A stretch of DNA of 64,000 nucleotides from Octopus vulgaris (GCA_951406725.2 OX597816.1:84258001-84322000); one strand, 5' to 3'. Positions 29,936-42,929 are shown, numbered from the stretch's first letter. Numbers and translations: made by a program. Notes: generated from the letters alone by a model not told the origin.

Positions 29936-31272
29936 CAGGGTATCCAGAAAAACAGTCCCTGATTTCAAACTGATATAACATGGACATTTATTGTAATAAT
30001 CTTTCACAGTTGGTTGCTTGTGATACAGGATTTCATTCAGTTTCAATTGGTAGAGGGAGGCATTGAAGGCACTCAATACGCACCTTTGGTTACTCGGAAA
30101 ACATCGATGCTCAGCAGCATATCTGAAGTTACCATGCGAATTTCTTCAGTTATCAAAATTTTCAGCTCCTCCAGTGTTGCAGGTAGTGTTGGGACGCAAA
30201 CTGCTCTTCACATACCCCCAAAGAAAGAAGTCACAAACAGTTAGGTCTGTCAACCTCGCAGACCACTTGCAGAACACCTGATCATCTCGTCCAGCACAAC
30301 CAATCCGTCTGTTTGGCAAGTGCTCATTGAGAAATCTCTTGACAGCGAGATGCCAGCGTGGTGGAGTACCATCTTGCTGGAAAAGGTAGTCATCACCCTC
30401 AGTGGCTAGTTGTGTAAACATCCAATTGGTCGGCAACTCCAGGTAACTTTGACCAGTAACGGTTAACTCCTCAAAGAAGAAAAGGGCCATACACTGTCCT
30501 CTCTGATACGGCACAAAACACATTAACTTTTGGTGAGTCTCGCTCAATTTCCTGGGTAGCGCGCGCATTTTCAAGCCCCCGTATCCGCACGTTATGCCTA
30601 TTGAATTTGCTGATTAATTGTAATATCGTCTCATCACTGAAAAGGATTTTTGACAGTAGGTTATCTTTATCTTCCATTAATTGCTGGATAGTCTCACAAA
30701 ATTCAAATTGCATTCCATTATCTTTCTGGTGGAGTTTTGGACTAGTTGCAGCTTGTAAAGGTGAAACTTTAGATGTTTGTGTGGGATCTTGCAAACTGTG
30801 TTTTGGGGGAGGTGTAACTTTCGGTTAGCTCTTCGTATTGACTTTTTGGGGATGTTCACAAATTTTCTTCTAACCCGATCAATAAACTTCGTCTGCGATA
30901 GATGGTCGGCCAGAATGTCCCTTTCTCTGATCACAGATACACCTGACTAAAATCGTTGTACCATTTCCGAATGGACTAGGGTGTAGGTGGAATCGTATGA
31001 TACTTGGGTCGGAAAGCACGTTGCACGGCCACAACAATGTTTGATGTTGCAAATTCCAGTACACATCAGCTGCGTTGCTGTGGTGGTGGGGGGGACGACC
31101 ATTTAAAAATTTCCTTGGGCTCCTCTGGTTTTCAATTCAAAGATGTCTAATCACATGAAAAAAATGAAATAACTGTTATCGGATAATAGGTTCACAACAT
31201 GTTTATAAATATTTGAATTAGTTTAAATATCATAACAACGTGAAACCAGGGAGTGTTTTTGTGGATATACTG
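29936..31272 (-). mobile_element. Full-length decayed Tc1/mariner transposon, DD41D (rosa/Visitor)-related, with 32-bp TIRs
   Basis: TIRs CAGGGTATCCAGAAAAACAGTCCCTGATTTCA / reverse complement CAGTATATCCACAAAAACACTCCCTGGTTTCA; frameshifted ORFs with ILFSDE, NRHNVRI, RDSPKVNVFCA, FQQDG, DLTVCDFFLWGYVK. Confidence 0.9.
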
Positions 31273-31313
<41 letters not shown>

Positions 31314-31316
31314 ACA

Positions 31317-31349
<33 letters not shown>

Positions 31350-32256
31350 GCATTTACTTTCTCATCTATTTTGCATACTTCTTCCCACTATAGCTGCTCC
31401 ACACTTCCCTCCCCTATTCCTGTCACCTTAATGATTTTCCAGTGTAAGCCACTAAACAGGGTAAGAGAATAATTTCTCAGCCGAAGCCAGCCAGGGAATC
31501 ATGAAGTGTCACATAACGTTGCTTCTTGGAGGGATTTTTTTGTATGAATGTTTAATTCCTGTATATTCATCGGATTTTTTCGCTTGCTGTAATAACTCTA
31601 TTCATAAAAAAAACCCCAAAAAACTCGTTATGAACCAATATCCATCTGTTGTTATATTTGTTCGTTATTCAACTTACTCGGAACCTGCAATTAACGTGGA
31701 TCTGGGGTCTATTAAGTGCAGTACAATTCATGCAATGTGTGTCCTTGTTTACAGCCTTGCGACACGTGGAATATTCGATCGGGTGCTTGTGATCGTATAT
31801 GCAACTGGAATATTAATCCGGCTGTACTTCGGTAAGTATTTATAAGTTCCTCTAATTTTGTTTTGTACACTATTCCTATTCCCTTGACCCGAACTTGCTG
31901 CGTTATTATTTAGGTACCTGATTCACTCGAATCCCGAACTTCTATGTGTATGGTGATTTATTTTCAATCTTTGGATTTTTTCCCTTTCTCCTTTCTGACG
32001 AAGAGCTAATGCATTCACCGAGCATCAAGCTGATACATTTTTCTGTGCACGTCCTGACGATCATTTCTTTTTTTGTTTCGTTTTTCTTTTTATTCACTTA
32101 CTTGAATTTTTTGTTTATTTGTCTATTTGAATTGACTGTCTATCTATCTATCTATATCTATCTATCTATATACATATGCATATATATTATACATAATATA
32201 TATATATATATATATATTGATCAAAATAAAAATAAAAACATGAGGCGAAGGATTCA

Positions 32257-32334
32257 GCGGTACATATGTTTCGGGCCTTTATTAGACAGATTTATAACAA
32301 AGCATAATGTATGTCTGTGGCCTTCTTCAGCCGC
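32257..32334 (-). ncRNA. Hammerhead ribozyme, type I (left arm)
   Basis: Reverse complement of the 32588-32665 motif. Confidence 0.8.
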
Positions 32335-32587
32335 GCACAACAGCTTCCACAAGGACATGTGTTACATCAAAATTCTTGGTTGGGGATGCAAATCCTCTCG
32401 TTCACGTACGACATAATGCGGCAGCAGCATAGAATTGAAGCGTCCATCTCTTTCTTCTCTCAATAAGAAAGAGATGGACGCTTCAATTCTATGCTGCTGC
32501 CGCATTATGTCGTACGTGAACGAGAGGATTTGCATCCCCAACCAAGAATTTTTGATGTAACACATGTCCTTGTGGAAGCTGTTGTGC

Positions 32588-32665
32588 GCGGCTGAAGAAG
32601 GCCACAGACATACATTATGCTTTGTTATAAATCTGTCTAATAAAGGCCCGAAACATATGTACCGC
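32588..32665 (+). ncRNA. Hammerhead ribozyme, type I (right arm)
   Basis: GCGG-CTGAAGA-AGGCC...AGACA...TGTCT...GGCCC-GAAAC-ATAT-GTA-CCGC; extended stem II, palindromic ATAT loop, GUA triplet. Confidence 0.8.
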
Positions 32666-32773
32666 TGAATCCTTCGCCTCATGTTTTTATTTTTATTTTG
32701 ATCAATTTACTCCACCACCTACACCACCAAACGGTATACACAGGTGCTTATAATTATCAAGTACTCACCCCGA

Positions 32774-32825
<52 letters not shown>

Positions 32826-32827
<2 letters not shown>

Positions 32828-35195
32828 CCGAATTTCTGTAAATGTGTATAGAACAATACATCAGTTGAATAAAATTACAACATGGTCTGGTTTTCACGTT
32901 TTTTATTACTATATTTAAAAAGAGATTCTTTACAATGTTGAAGTGTGGTAGACATCAAAGAATATTTAGTAATGCTCAGAAAGTTCAATTAGCACTTTCA
33001 TACGTCCGTAGTAATAATCAGATTTCAAAATGTATTAACTGACAGTTGAGCTGTGTGCTAGACAGCTGTAGTAAAATGACTGATTCTTCATTTTTATACC
33101 TTTTAGAAGTCTCCTACTAGCAGAAATTTTCGAATTCAGTTTTGACCAATCCATATGCGCCTTAAAGGTCACGGTTTGTTGGGCGCATCGATATTACTGG
33201 TATAGATCCCGCTTTTATTTTGACCAATTAGCTTGCGTTTTACATGCAATGGTTTTATGAGTGAGCAAGCTTAGCTGTTTTTGATCGTTTTTATTTCTAT
33301 CGGTAGGAGTCTTTTGTAATTTGTGTACAGATACATTTTTTAAAAAACGCTTTTGTTTATCTTTCTTCCAACCTCACTTGTGTCATGTAGTTTGTGGAAA
33401 GGAAAAATTAGAAACATTTTTTGACTACATATACTATATGTTCGCTCAATGGAATTTGGCGAACATTAGTGTCCCAGATTTGATGTCTGTGAATTCGTAA
33501 ACGTTCTGATAATATTTCACCTGTCTCATCAATACATAGTTCCTCGCAATTCCGGCATTTAATGCAGTAAATCAAATCTCTGCATTTGCAGTTCATATCT
33601 ACACTTGCGAAAATCTGTCAATTTCTTGTTCTAACGGATATACTTGTATGCATGTATTGGCACGTTCCACATCTGTTATCATTACACTTGGATGCTGTGA
33701 ATGTTTTATTCTGTTTGTTCATGTTCAATTCTGCCTTTGTTAATATGTTCTTTAGGTTATGTGGTTTTGCATAAGATAAGTGTTTGATTAGCTATTATGC
33801 TTTTTAATTTTTCACTGTTTCATGATTGGAAAACTTGTTTTGATGATGTGAAAAATGTTTTGGTGATGCGGATTACGCGTTACTAAAAATGGTATTGTGT
33901 TCCGTTGATGGGTTCGTTTTTCTCGGGTTGCCTTAAGTTGTTCTATAGGTATCTGTTGCTCGTTGTATGCTATTTTCTATAAGTAAGAATGGGTATTTCT
34001 GCTTGAGTAGAAATCCTTTGAGTTCTATAAGTCGTACTTTCCTGGTGTTTGGATTATCTACTCATCTACTATGGTACAAATTTTCCTGGCCAGACAGTAC
34101 GGGATGTTGTGTTTTGTGTGTTGGGTGGTAAGATTCGAAATTTACGTACTGGTGTGTATCTGTACTTTTGTAATAAATATCAGTTGTGTTTGTTGTGCTG
34201 TTTTTGGTTGCCATTAAGTCAAGAAATGGTAATTGTGTGTTGCTCTTTTCTCTTGTGAATTTGACACTAGGGCGTAGCTTGCCGAGGAGGGTGCTGAATT
34301 CTTCCAGATTTTCTAGGGATTTCGTCCAGATTGGAAACAATTATCGAGGTGTCTTTTCCATGTGTCCTCTATATCTTCTAAATACCGTAGTTCTCTTCAA
34401 TTTTTTTTTATATAGGTTTTGTTCCAAGTATCCCAATACTCATTTCGCGAAAACTGGAACAAATCGCATCCCTATAGCTGTGCCTCGGAATTGGAGGTAG
34501 TTTTCTCCGTTGAAAAGGAATGTATTCTTTTGAAGGGTGAAGCTGATCGCGTCTAAATCTACTGGGGATCACATCTCTATGTTTCTTGATCCAATATTTT
34601 ATGGCAGTAATTCCCAAATCATGTGGAATATTCCTATATAAATTTGTTACTTCAAAAATACCTAACAGTGAATTGGATTCTGTTGTTTTGAGCTGATGTG
34701 ACAGGAAGTCATCCTTCTAGAAACTGGGTATGTGACTACATAGTGGTTTTAGAATAATGTCAGTGATGTTGCTCACACGATGTGTAGGATAGGCTGGACC
34801 AGCTATAATGGGTATTACTTTAAGGTATTTTGGTTGTAGTAGTTTTATGTATCCATTATCCTGTTCCTTTATAGCATTTTGCATTTCTTTTGACTTGTGT
34901 ATTTTAGATAAGCCATAGAAGTTGCTGGATTTTAACTCAAAATTAATAATATAATCGCTTTCATTAGAGGTGAGGGAGTTATAGTGATTTAGGATTAAAT
35001 AAATGAGTTTCTTCATAACAAATTGGTCAATATTTGAGTGTATTTCACGGTAGGATGTTGTATCCATCAATTGGTCTTCAGCTAGATGCCGGTAATATTC
35101 TGTTTCAATTATAATAATGGCACCCCTTTAACCACTTGTTTGATGACAGATGTGTTGTCATTTTTAGGACGTATAAGGGCAGACTTTTCTAGTTT
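32826..35195 (-). mobile_element. Penelope-like retroelement (RT + Cys linker + GIY-YIG), pseudogenised, Neptune-type
   Basis: ORF 34717-35070 FYGLSKIHKSK...PIIAGPAYPT; 34408-34617 AIKYWI; 34062-34340 LPFLDL...TDIYYKSTDTHQY; linker KCNDNRCGTCQY at 33651-33689; 33408-33596 CKCRDLIYCIKCRNCEELCIDETG...RLRIHRHQI (GIY-YIG). Confidence 0.9.
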
Positions 35196-35241
35196 TGAAA
35201 TATATATATTATATATAAGAATGCGGGAAAGATATGCAGTA

Positions 35242-35326
<85 letters not shown>

Positions 35327-35327
<1 letters not shown>

Positions 35328-35446
35328 TGGCCTGCCCGCTTAGCCAGCGAGGTGGCGTCATTTGAAGGCTAAAACAATGCAAACGCATTGTGACCAGCGA
35401 TGTATAACTACATCTGATGGACTCGTCGGTCACGTGATCACGTGAT
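35327..35446 (+). mobile_element. SINE family C 3' fragment within (TA)n
   Basis: Reverse complement of 38947-39065; ends GTCACGTGATCACGTGAT. Confidence 0.8.
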
Positions 35447-36092
35447 ATATATATATATGGAATATCCTAGAAGAACCGATACCGAACTTTGGCATTGAAA
35501 GTTACACAAACAGCTGGAACAGGGCACAATTCAGAGTACCAAATATGCCAACAGGACCAGTTATTGCAACAGCTCATGTTACGTTGGCCCCTTAGTTTCA
35601 ATATCCTTCCAAAAAATACCTCAGAGGCATATCAGAGGGGGTTTCGGGCGTGTAGTGAAAGTGTAGGAATGCTAACGGCGGTGCCACAGCATGGCTACAG
35701 CTCATATGCTGAAGCTAGTAAAAAAAACAAAACACTTATATGTGTAACATAGTATAATATACTATAGCATAGTATATATACTTGCGCGCACGAAGTATGG
35801 ATGAATGAATGAATGGATGTAAGGATGTATGGATGAATGGAAAGATGGCTGGATGGATGGATGAATGTATATATCAGTTTGCGAGAAGGAAGTCGGCCCC
35901 AAACTTAGTATAAGGGTTATTTAAAAAATATAACACTAATCTGCAACATTAGAAATCAAGTTAACATTTATAGACAAACATATAATTCGTAAATACACTC
36001 ATAGACACAGTCACATCCATATAGCAAGATATATACACATATACGCTCTCTCTCACACACACACACGCATATATATGTATATATACATATAT

Positions 36093-36137
<45 letters not shown>

Positions 36138-36635
36138 TAAACACATTTATCTATATATGCGTGTATATGTTTGTGTGAGTGTATGTGCGTATACAGTTGT
36201 CTGTATGTAAATGTTCCCTGCAGTATGAATAACCTCCCGCTGTTTTCTACTCAAAATATGATTAGATTTATACAATGTTTGTTTTCAGTATATCTAGAGA
36301 TAACAAACATTTGTTTCTGAACCCCTTACTCACATATATATATATGTGCTTGTCCTTGTTTGCAAGTATGTACGTCTATATGTATGTATTTATGTATGTA
36401 TGTATGTATGTATGTATGTATGTATGTATGTATGTATGTATGCATGCTTGCATGTATGTATTTGTATATGTATGTACATGTACGTACGTATATATGTGTA
36501 TGCTTGTCTTTGTGTATATGCATTGTCATGTTCATATATGTACTGGTGTATTCATGCATGTTCATGTGTATAGACGTATATCCAGGTATGTATACCTGTA
36601 TATGCATGTTTAAATATACATAGATATATATGTGC

Positions 36636-36780
36636 AGGCGTGGCTGTGTGGCAACCACATGGTTCCATGTTCAGTCCCACTGCGTGGCCCCTAGGGCAAG
36701 TGTCTACTACTCTAGCCTCGGTCTGACCAAAGCCTTGTCAGTGGATTTTGGTAGAAAGAAACTGAAAGAAGCCCGTCGTG

Positions 36781-36819
<39 letters not shown>

Positions 36820-37045
36820 ATGTGTGTGTGTGTTTGTGCATGTGTGTATGTGTGTGTGTCTGTGTTTGTTCCCCCACCATCGCTTGAGAACTGATGCTGG
36901 TGTGTTCACGTCCCTGTAACCTAGCGGTTTGGTAAAAAAGACCGATAGAATAAGTACTACGCTCACAAAGAAGTTTTGGGGTCGATTTGCTCGACTAAAA
37001 GCCGTGCTTCAGCAGAGTCGCAGTCAAATGACTGAAACAAAAGAA
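36636..37045 (+). mobile_element. SINE family B
   Basis: Same architecture as the 19315 copy. Confidence 0.85.
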
Positions 37046-37142
37046 AATGAGAAAGAAAAGATATGTTTATCTAGACAGGTTAATGCATATGCACGTTTGT
37101 ATATGTTTATTCTATGAATGTCTCTATGTTTGTCTACATATA

Positions 37143-37373
37143 CAAGGTGGCCCAAAAGTAGGTTAACAGTTATTCAACTATCACTTTCGCATTCATATAT
37201 TAAGTTTAGATCTTAATTATAAAAAAAGGAAACCATTATTCTATGCTAATTTAATTAATTTTGTCAAGCTACCTTTTCAGTTTGTAAGATAGAAATTTAA
37301 ATGTAAAGAAATGTTTTAAAACAAATTTAAAGTGCCTACGTGATAACTGTAAACGCAATTTTGGGCCACCTTG
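37143..37373. mobile_element. Tc1/mariner-type MITE, 231 bp, TA target-site duplication
   Basis: TA-CAAGGTGGCCCAAAA...TTTTGGGCCACCTTG-TA; inner ACAGTTAT/ATAACTGT. Confidence 0.9.
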
Positions 37374-37391
37374 TATATGCTTATATATATA

Positions 37392-38233
37392 TATGATATA
37401 TTAATAAATAAACATATGCATATATATATATATATATATATACATATATGTACGTACCAACTTCTACATGTGTATATATGCGCATATGTGGGTACAGGAC
37501 ACATAAAAAAAAAAAACGTCGAACACAATGAGAAACGAAAACATAAACACAAAACCAAGGAACTGGACATTTTTCTTAACAACAAAAAAAAATAGAGTAC
37601 AGGACAAATGACACAAGGAAAATTCCCCTTCTTCAGTCGCCATGGTTTCATCTACTCTGCGTTTCGAAGGTAAAGGCGATACGCATCTTCGATAGAAACT
37701 TTCCTTCCTGCGAAAAGCAAATCAAATAAAATTTGAGATCTTTTTGCAGAGGGGTAAAAATGGTAACAAAAACAGGACAGTAACGACAGTACAAAGTATA
37801 AACAGTAAATGACAGGACAAGGAGAATAACAAGACCAGAAGGGCTGTTAAGCCGAACGAAAAAAAGTATTACGAACGCTATTATTGAGGACGGAGAAGGA
37901 GCAAAGAAAAATGCCGTCCACACTTCAAGGAAGTCAGGCCACATAGACAGTGGCAAAGCTCTCATCGCAGGTTAACGGCGGGAGGGAGGAGGAGGAGTAA
38001 GAGAAAGGGAGAGAAAAAAGGGGAATGGTTGTGAGGAAACCAGAAAGAATGAAAAGGGAGAGAGAGAGAGAGTGAAAAATGTCCAGTTCCTTGGTTTTGT
38101 GTTTATGTTTTCGTTTCTCATTGTGTTTTTTTGGTGTCCTCTACCCATATATGCGTGTATATATACTTGTAGAGGTTGGTACGTACATATATGTATATAT
38201 ATATGCATATGTTTTATTTATTAATATATTATA
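37392..38233. repeat. Inverted repeat (37392-37573 / 38075-38233) of a PLE-tail-like sequence
   Basis: AATGAGAAACGAAAACATAAACACAAAACCAAGGAACTGGACATTTTT is reverse-complemented exactly at about 38075-38122; related direct copy at 41435-41695. Confidence 0.85.
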
Positions 38234-38272
38234 TGACGGAACGCACGCATCCATTTCTAAGTAAGATTGTTC

Positions 38273-38307
<35 letters not shown>

Positions 38308-38946
38308 TGATAAATAGTACTCGAATACCGGAGGTAGAGTCATTTAGGGCATTATTAAGCTGCAAAAACATCCCAAAGAATAAAAAAACTGCTACTCAAA
38401 GTCTTACGTTCCCATTCGTTGGACAGTTTTGACTGAGAATAGAACAAAATTAAGGTTATATGTATAAATATACTATTTACATTGATAATTAAATTTGAAA
38501 TTGGTTTCGTTTCATTGGTCCCTTCAACAAACAGTTTTTCCTATGAAACAGTGTTGTACATAACGGGTTTAAAAATCATATAATGTAAAATCGAAGAAAA
38601 CCTTAATGAAATAATGAAAAAATAATTTTAGATAAATTAATTAATGTTCAAATAAATTTAATTAGAATAAATGTAAGTCTGTTTATAATAATATTCACTT
38701 ACAGAAATAGTATAAAATTAAAAACACACGTTATTCACATTCAAATAACATCCCCTTATGCATAAACACCAAGGACATAAAGATACAAATGTACACTAAA
38801 ATACAAACGTTGATACACGCATACGTACATATCTAAACATATAGAGGCAAAATATAAAAATGAATATATATACTAATGTATATACAAAATATTAATATAT
38901 TATATTAATGTATATACGAAATATTAATATATATACTAATGTATAT

Positions 38947-39254
38947 CACGTGATCACGTGACCGACCAGTCCATCAGATGTTGTTACACATCGCTGGTCA
39001 CAATGCGTTCGCATTGTTTTAGCCTTCGAATGACGCCACCCCGGTGGCTAAGTGAGCAGGCCAACAGAAGAAAGAGTGAGAGAAAGTTGTGGCGAAAGAG
39101 TACAGCAGGGATCGCCACCACTCCCTGCCGGAGCCTCGTGGAGCTTTAAGTGTTTTCGCTCAATAAACACTCACAACGCCTGGTCTGGGAATCGAAACCG
39201 CGATCCTACGACCACGAGTCCACTGCCCTAACCACTGGGCCATTGCGCCTCCAC
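38947..39254 (-). mobile_element. tRNA-derived SINE family C, full length with TSD
   Basis: Minus-strand head GTGGAGGCGCAATGGCCCAGTGGTTAGGGCAG...GGTTTCGATTCCC (A and B boxes); 18-bp flanking duplication ATATATACTAATGTATAT at 38929-38946 and 39255-39272. Confidence 0.9.
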
Positions 39255-39532
39255 ATATATACTAATGTATATACGAAATATAAATATGAATATATATACT
39301 AATGAACGAAGCACGACTGTTTTCCAGTCGTACTAGTTGAATGAGTATATTACCCGGCCGATAAGGACTTACAAATATAACCTTATAACTGCATTATTTT
39401 TATTCGTATTGCATCCATTATCCATGGGCAAACTTAAACTTTGAAATATATGTTTCGTTTACCACTGGTTTATTTAAGCAACGATGTACTTTCTTGAAAA
39501 TCCTTTTTTTAATCTATCATTCTTTGTACCAG

Positions 39533-39653
39533 GTACTGAATTTTGCCCAGAAGTCGATATGGCCACCGATGTCAAATTAAGATTTCTAATTACGATATCT
39601 GCTATGACTACTGAAGAGACATGGGAATCTCCTGTGGCTTTGGCAATGCAGTG
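39533..39653 (+). CDS. Candidate internal exon, unknown product
   Basis: Pyrimidine-rich tract + CAG acceptor, G|GTAAGT donor; one open frame TEFCPEVDMATDVKLRFLITISAMTTEETWESPVALAMQ; no family recognised. Confidence 0.3.
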
Positions 39654-40798
39654 GTAAGTTACTTTTCACTTCTTTGTGAGCCTCTGTGATGTATTTGGTT
39701 ATGCTGGTGCGTGCCCTGTGTACAAAAATCTGTCAGGCTTTCGTACTTTCGGCAAAATGATTCATATTTTGAAAGTGAAAATTTGTGAAAGATGGCACCC
39801 TTTCTTCATATCTACATTTGCAGTAATGTCTGCATGTATAGTTATTGATACAATTTCTTTTCAGTATATCTAAATTCAATATTAACTGTTCTTGTTCTCT
39901 TTTTGTAGTTACGATTAATATATTGCGTATTATTTCTTCGTGTACTTTCTGTAGATAGAAACTCCAAACTTTGAGATACTGTCTATTATATTTTGATAGA
40001 GCTGTTAGAAATACCAACCAAATCTCATATAAACCGCTCTTTGTCTTCCAATAAAATAGAGGGCCACGTTAAATGATATATTCCCGGATGCCCTTTGACA
40101 GATGGGATCGACACGGCTGGAAGAATTGTTCGATTTTGGTTGACGAAGTTTGAGCAATAACAGTAAAGCAAGAAGAGTCACAAACTTTTTATTAGAGCAG
40201 ACATTTTACGTTTACTTCTAAGTCAAACACCAATGTAACAACAGCAACAACAATAAAAATCAAAGAAACAAAAGAAAAAGAGCAAAAGCAACGTCAAAAT
40301 GCAATAATGTTATCGGCCAAATAAATAAATAAATAAATAAATACGAGAAAAACGATCACAACAATAATGCTAAGATTTTTTTTTAAAACCCTGATGGCTA
40401 CGTATCAGCTGATCAGCAGAAATAACAAATATCCAGGGCCTTTCAAAACATATGACTGACATTAATGGAGATTCCGCCTTGCTGTCACAATAGCTCAACA
40501 ATTCACTGTACAGCGCAAGGGAAAATGTTTTTAGCTGTTGTTTTATAAAGTGATATTAAATAGCGCTTGCAAATTCAATTATATTAACAGTAAAACAAAC
40601 AAGAAATCACACAAACATACAATCCACATGTACACCTACAAACATCACTCACACATACGTACAAATGGAGACGCGTATATGTGTATATATATATATATAT
40701 ATATCTAAACATAATTTAAAAAATTTAAGATATATTGCATATGTATTAAATTACATGCAATATCTTTATATATATGTTCGTATTTATACATCTGTTTA

Positions 40799-40861
<63 letters not shown>

Positions 40862-42040
40862 GTGCATGCATGTGCGTAAGTGTGAGCCTATACGTATAAT
40901 GACGCGACAACGAAAGAGTGACAGAAAAACAAGTATAAGTATGATTTATGTTTGTAATTGACTAACGACAGCTGAAGTGCAGTGATCATGGGATCCCTGA
41001 AACAGAAACTTGAAGTCTTGTATGTGAATTTTCATAACTATCATTCAACACACACGCACGCACACACACGCACATACGAACATACACGAACACACGGACA
41101 CACACACACGAATATATTATTTAATATTCGCAGGATTTTAATGCGAGCTATTATTAGTTTCATGGCTCTGTTAATACAGAGTCGGGCAACATGGTGTAGC
41201 GCGCCGTGTATTTTCAGGCAATGATTCAAACTCAAAATGCGTAGCTGGCTATACAAGTTTGTAGGACTATTGTATAATTGGAGGCATGAATCTAATAGAA
41301 GCTCCCATTTAAATCCTGTTTTATATTAAACGATATTTATCCTATCAAGAACTAAAAATACACTATATGTATGTGTACGTGTACATTTTAGTGCATATGT
41401 ATGATATACAATCATATATATATATATAAATTTAACAATATATAAATATATGTATATATACATACATATATGTACACACAGACATATATATGTATATATA
41501 CATGCATATATGGGTACAGGACATCAAAAAACCGTTGAACATAATAAGAATCGAAAACATAAAAACAATATAAAGAAACGAACTTTTATTCGAACAACGA
41601 AAAAAAAAAACAATCATTGAAACGAAACATACAACATAAAGTATATTCCCCTTCTTCAGTTGTCCCTGTTTCAACTACTCCACATTTCGAAGGCAAATAT
41701 ATATATGTATAAACTATAAAACATTCAGGGAATAAATATAAGCATACAATATTCGACAGGTGTAAGAAAAGAATAGAAGTAGTTACCTAAAAACAAAAAC
41801 TGAAAACACTTTAAAATTTCCTGGGTGATCCCTGTAACTACAGAACTCTCTTTGAAAGTTTGAAATCAGTGTTGATATTTTTGATATAAAAACAAATTTT
41901 GATACAGTATTTTTTTTTATAAATGTGTGAATGTTGATATAGGTATGGCTATACATAAAACACGTAATGGTTACGTAGTAGGGTATGTACATACACACAA
42001 ATATTTCAATACATATATGCATAAAACGCAGATACATATG

Positions 42041-42092
<52 letters not shown>

Positions 42093-42104
42093 CACATATA
42101 CAGT

Positions 42105-42154
<50 letters not shown>

Positions 42155-42159
42155 TAAAC

Positions 42160-42190
<31 letters not shown>

Positions 42191-42202
42191 CATGTATATA
42201 TA

Positions 42203-42590
42203 TAGGTACAAGCGTGGTTGTGTGTTAAGATGCTTGCTTCACAACCACATGGTTACAGGTTCAGTCCCTCTGCGTGGCACCTTGGGCAAATGTCTTCTGT
42301 TGTAGCCAGTGGCCGACCAAAGCCTTGTGAGTGGATATGGTAGATGGAGACAGGAAGGAACCCATCGTATATATGTGTGTGTGTATCTATACGTATATAT
42401 GTCTTCGTGTGTGTGTCTATGTTTCTCTCCTCCATCATCAATTGATAATCGACGTTGGTCACGAGAGACCAATAGAATAGTTAGTAGGCTTACAAAGAAT
42501 AAGCCCTGGGATCGATTTCTTCGATTAACCCTTTAAGCCGGTGCTCCAGTATGCAGCAGTCAAATGACTGAAGCAAGGAAAAGAATAAAA
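42203..42590 (+). mobile_element. SINE family B, diverged
   Basis: CACATGGTTACAGGTTCAGTCCC...CCTTGGGCAAATGTCTTC...GCAGTCAAATGACTGAAGC. Confidence 0.85.
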
Positions 42591-42595
42591 GTATA

Positions 42596-42643
<48 letters not shown>

Positions 42644-42929
42644 TATTTTCCATCATATTCTATAGTCGTTTTTCTAGCCTCTATTATAATATCTATTTCT
42701 TCCCTTGTTGTTATCATCATCATTTTTATTTTACGATCACCTATTATTTCGTAAAATTATTCTTTTGAGGTATACTTGCCATGTCAATATGGCTAACCAC
42801 TAAGGGTGGGTGTTACTGTAGCTTGTAGCCCCAAGAGAACATCGTCTCCAGCTGATTTTAGGCAAACTTTCTGTGCCCTTGTGGTATTTGCAAAGGGAGG
42901 TCACCCTTCCCTCGTCAACCTAAGTGATA

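Larger units (their letters stand above)
32216..32706. repeat. Near-perfect 491-bp palindrome (241/242-bp arms, 8-nt loop) with an HHR in each arm
   Basis: Arms differ by one A/T-run indel; the track shows identical N-terminal ORF text (MRRRIQRYICFGPLL...) on both strands. Confidence 0.95.

Noticed and set aside
31946-32682. Mirrored ORFs MRRRIQRYICFG... on both strands (also MGVTVACSPK... at 42806/43283)
   Set aside because: By-products of the DNA palindromes, not proteins.
39170-39254. Possible tRNA gene on the minus strand
   Set aside because: It is the head of SINE C; continues into the SINE body and is flanked by a TSD.
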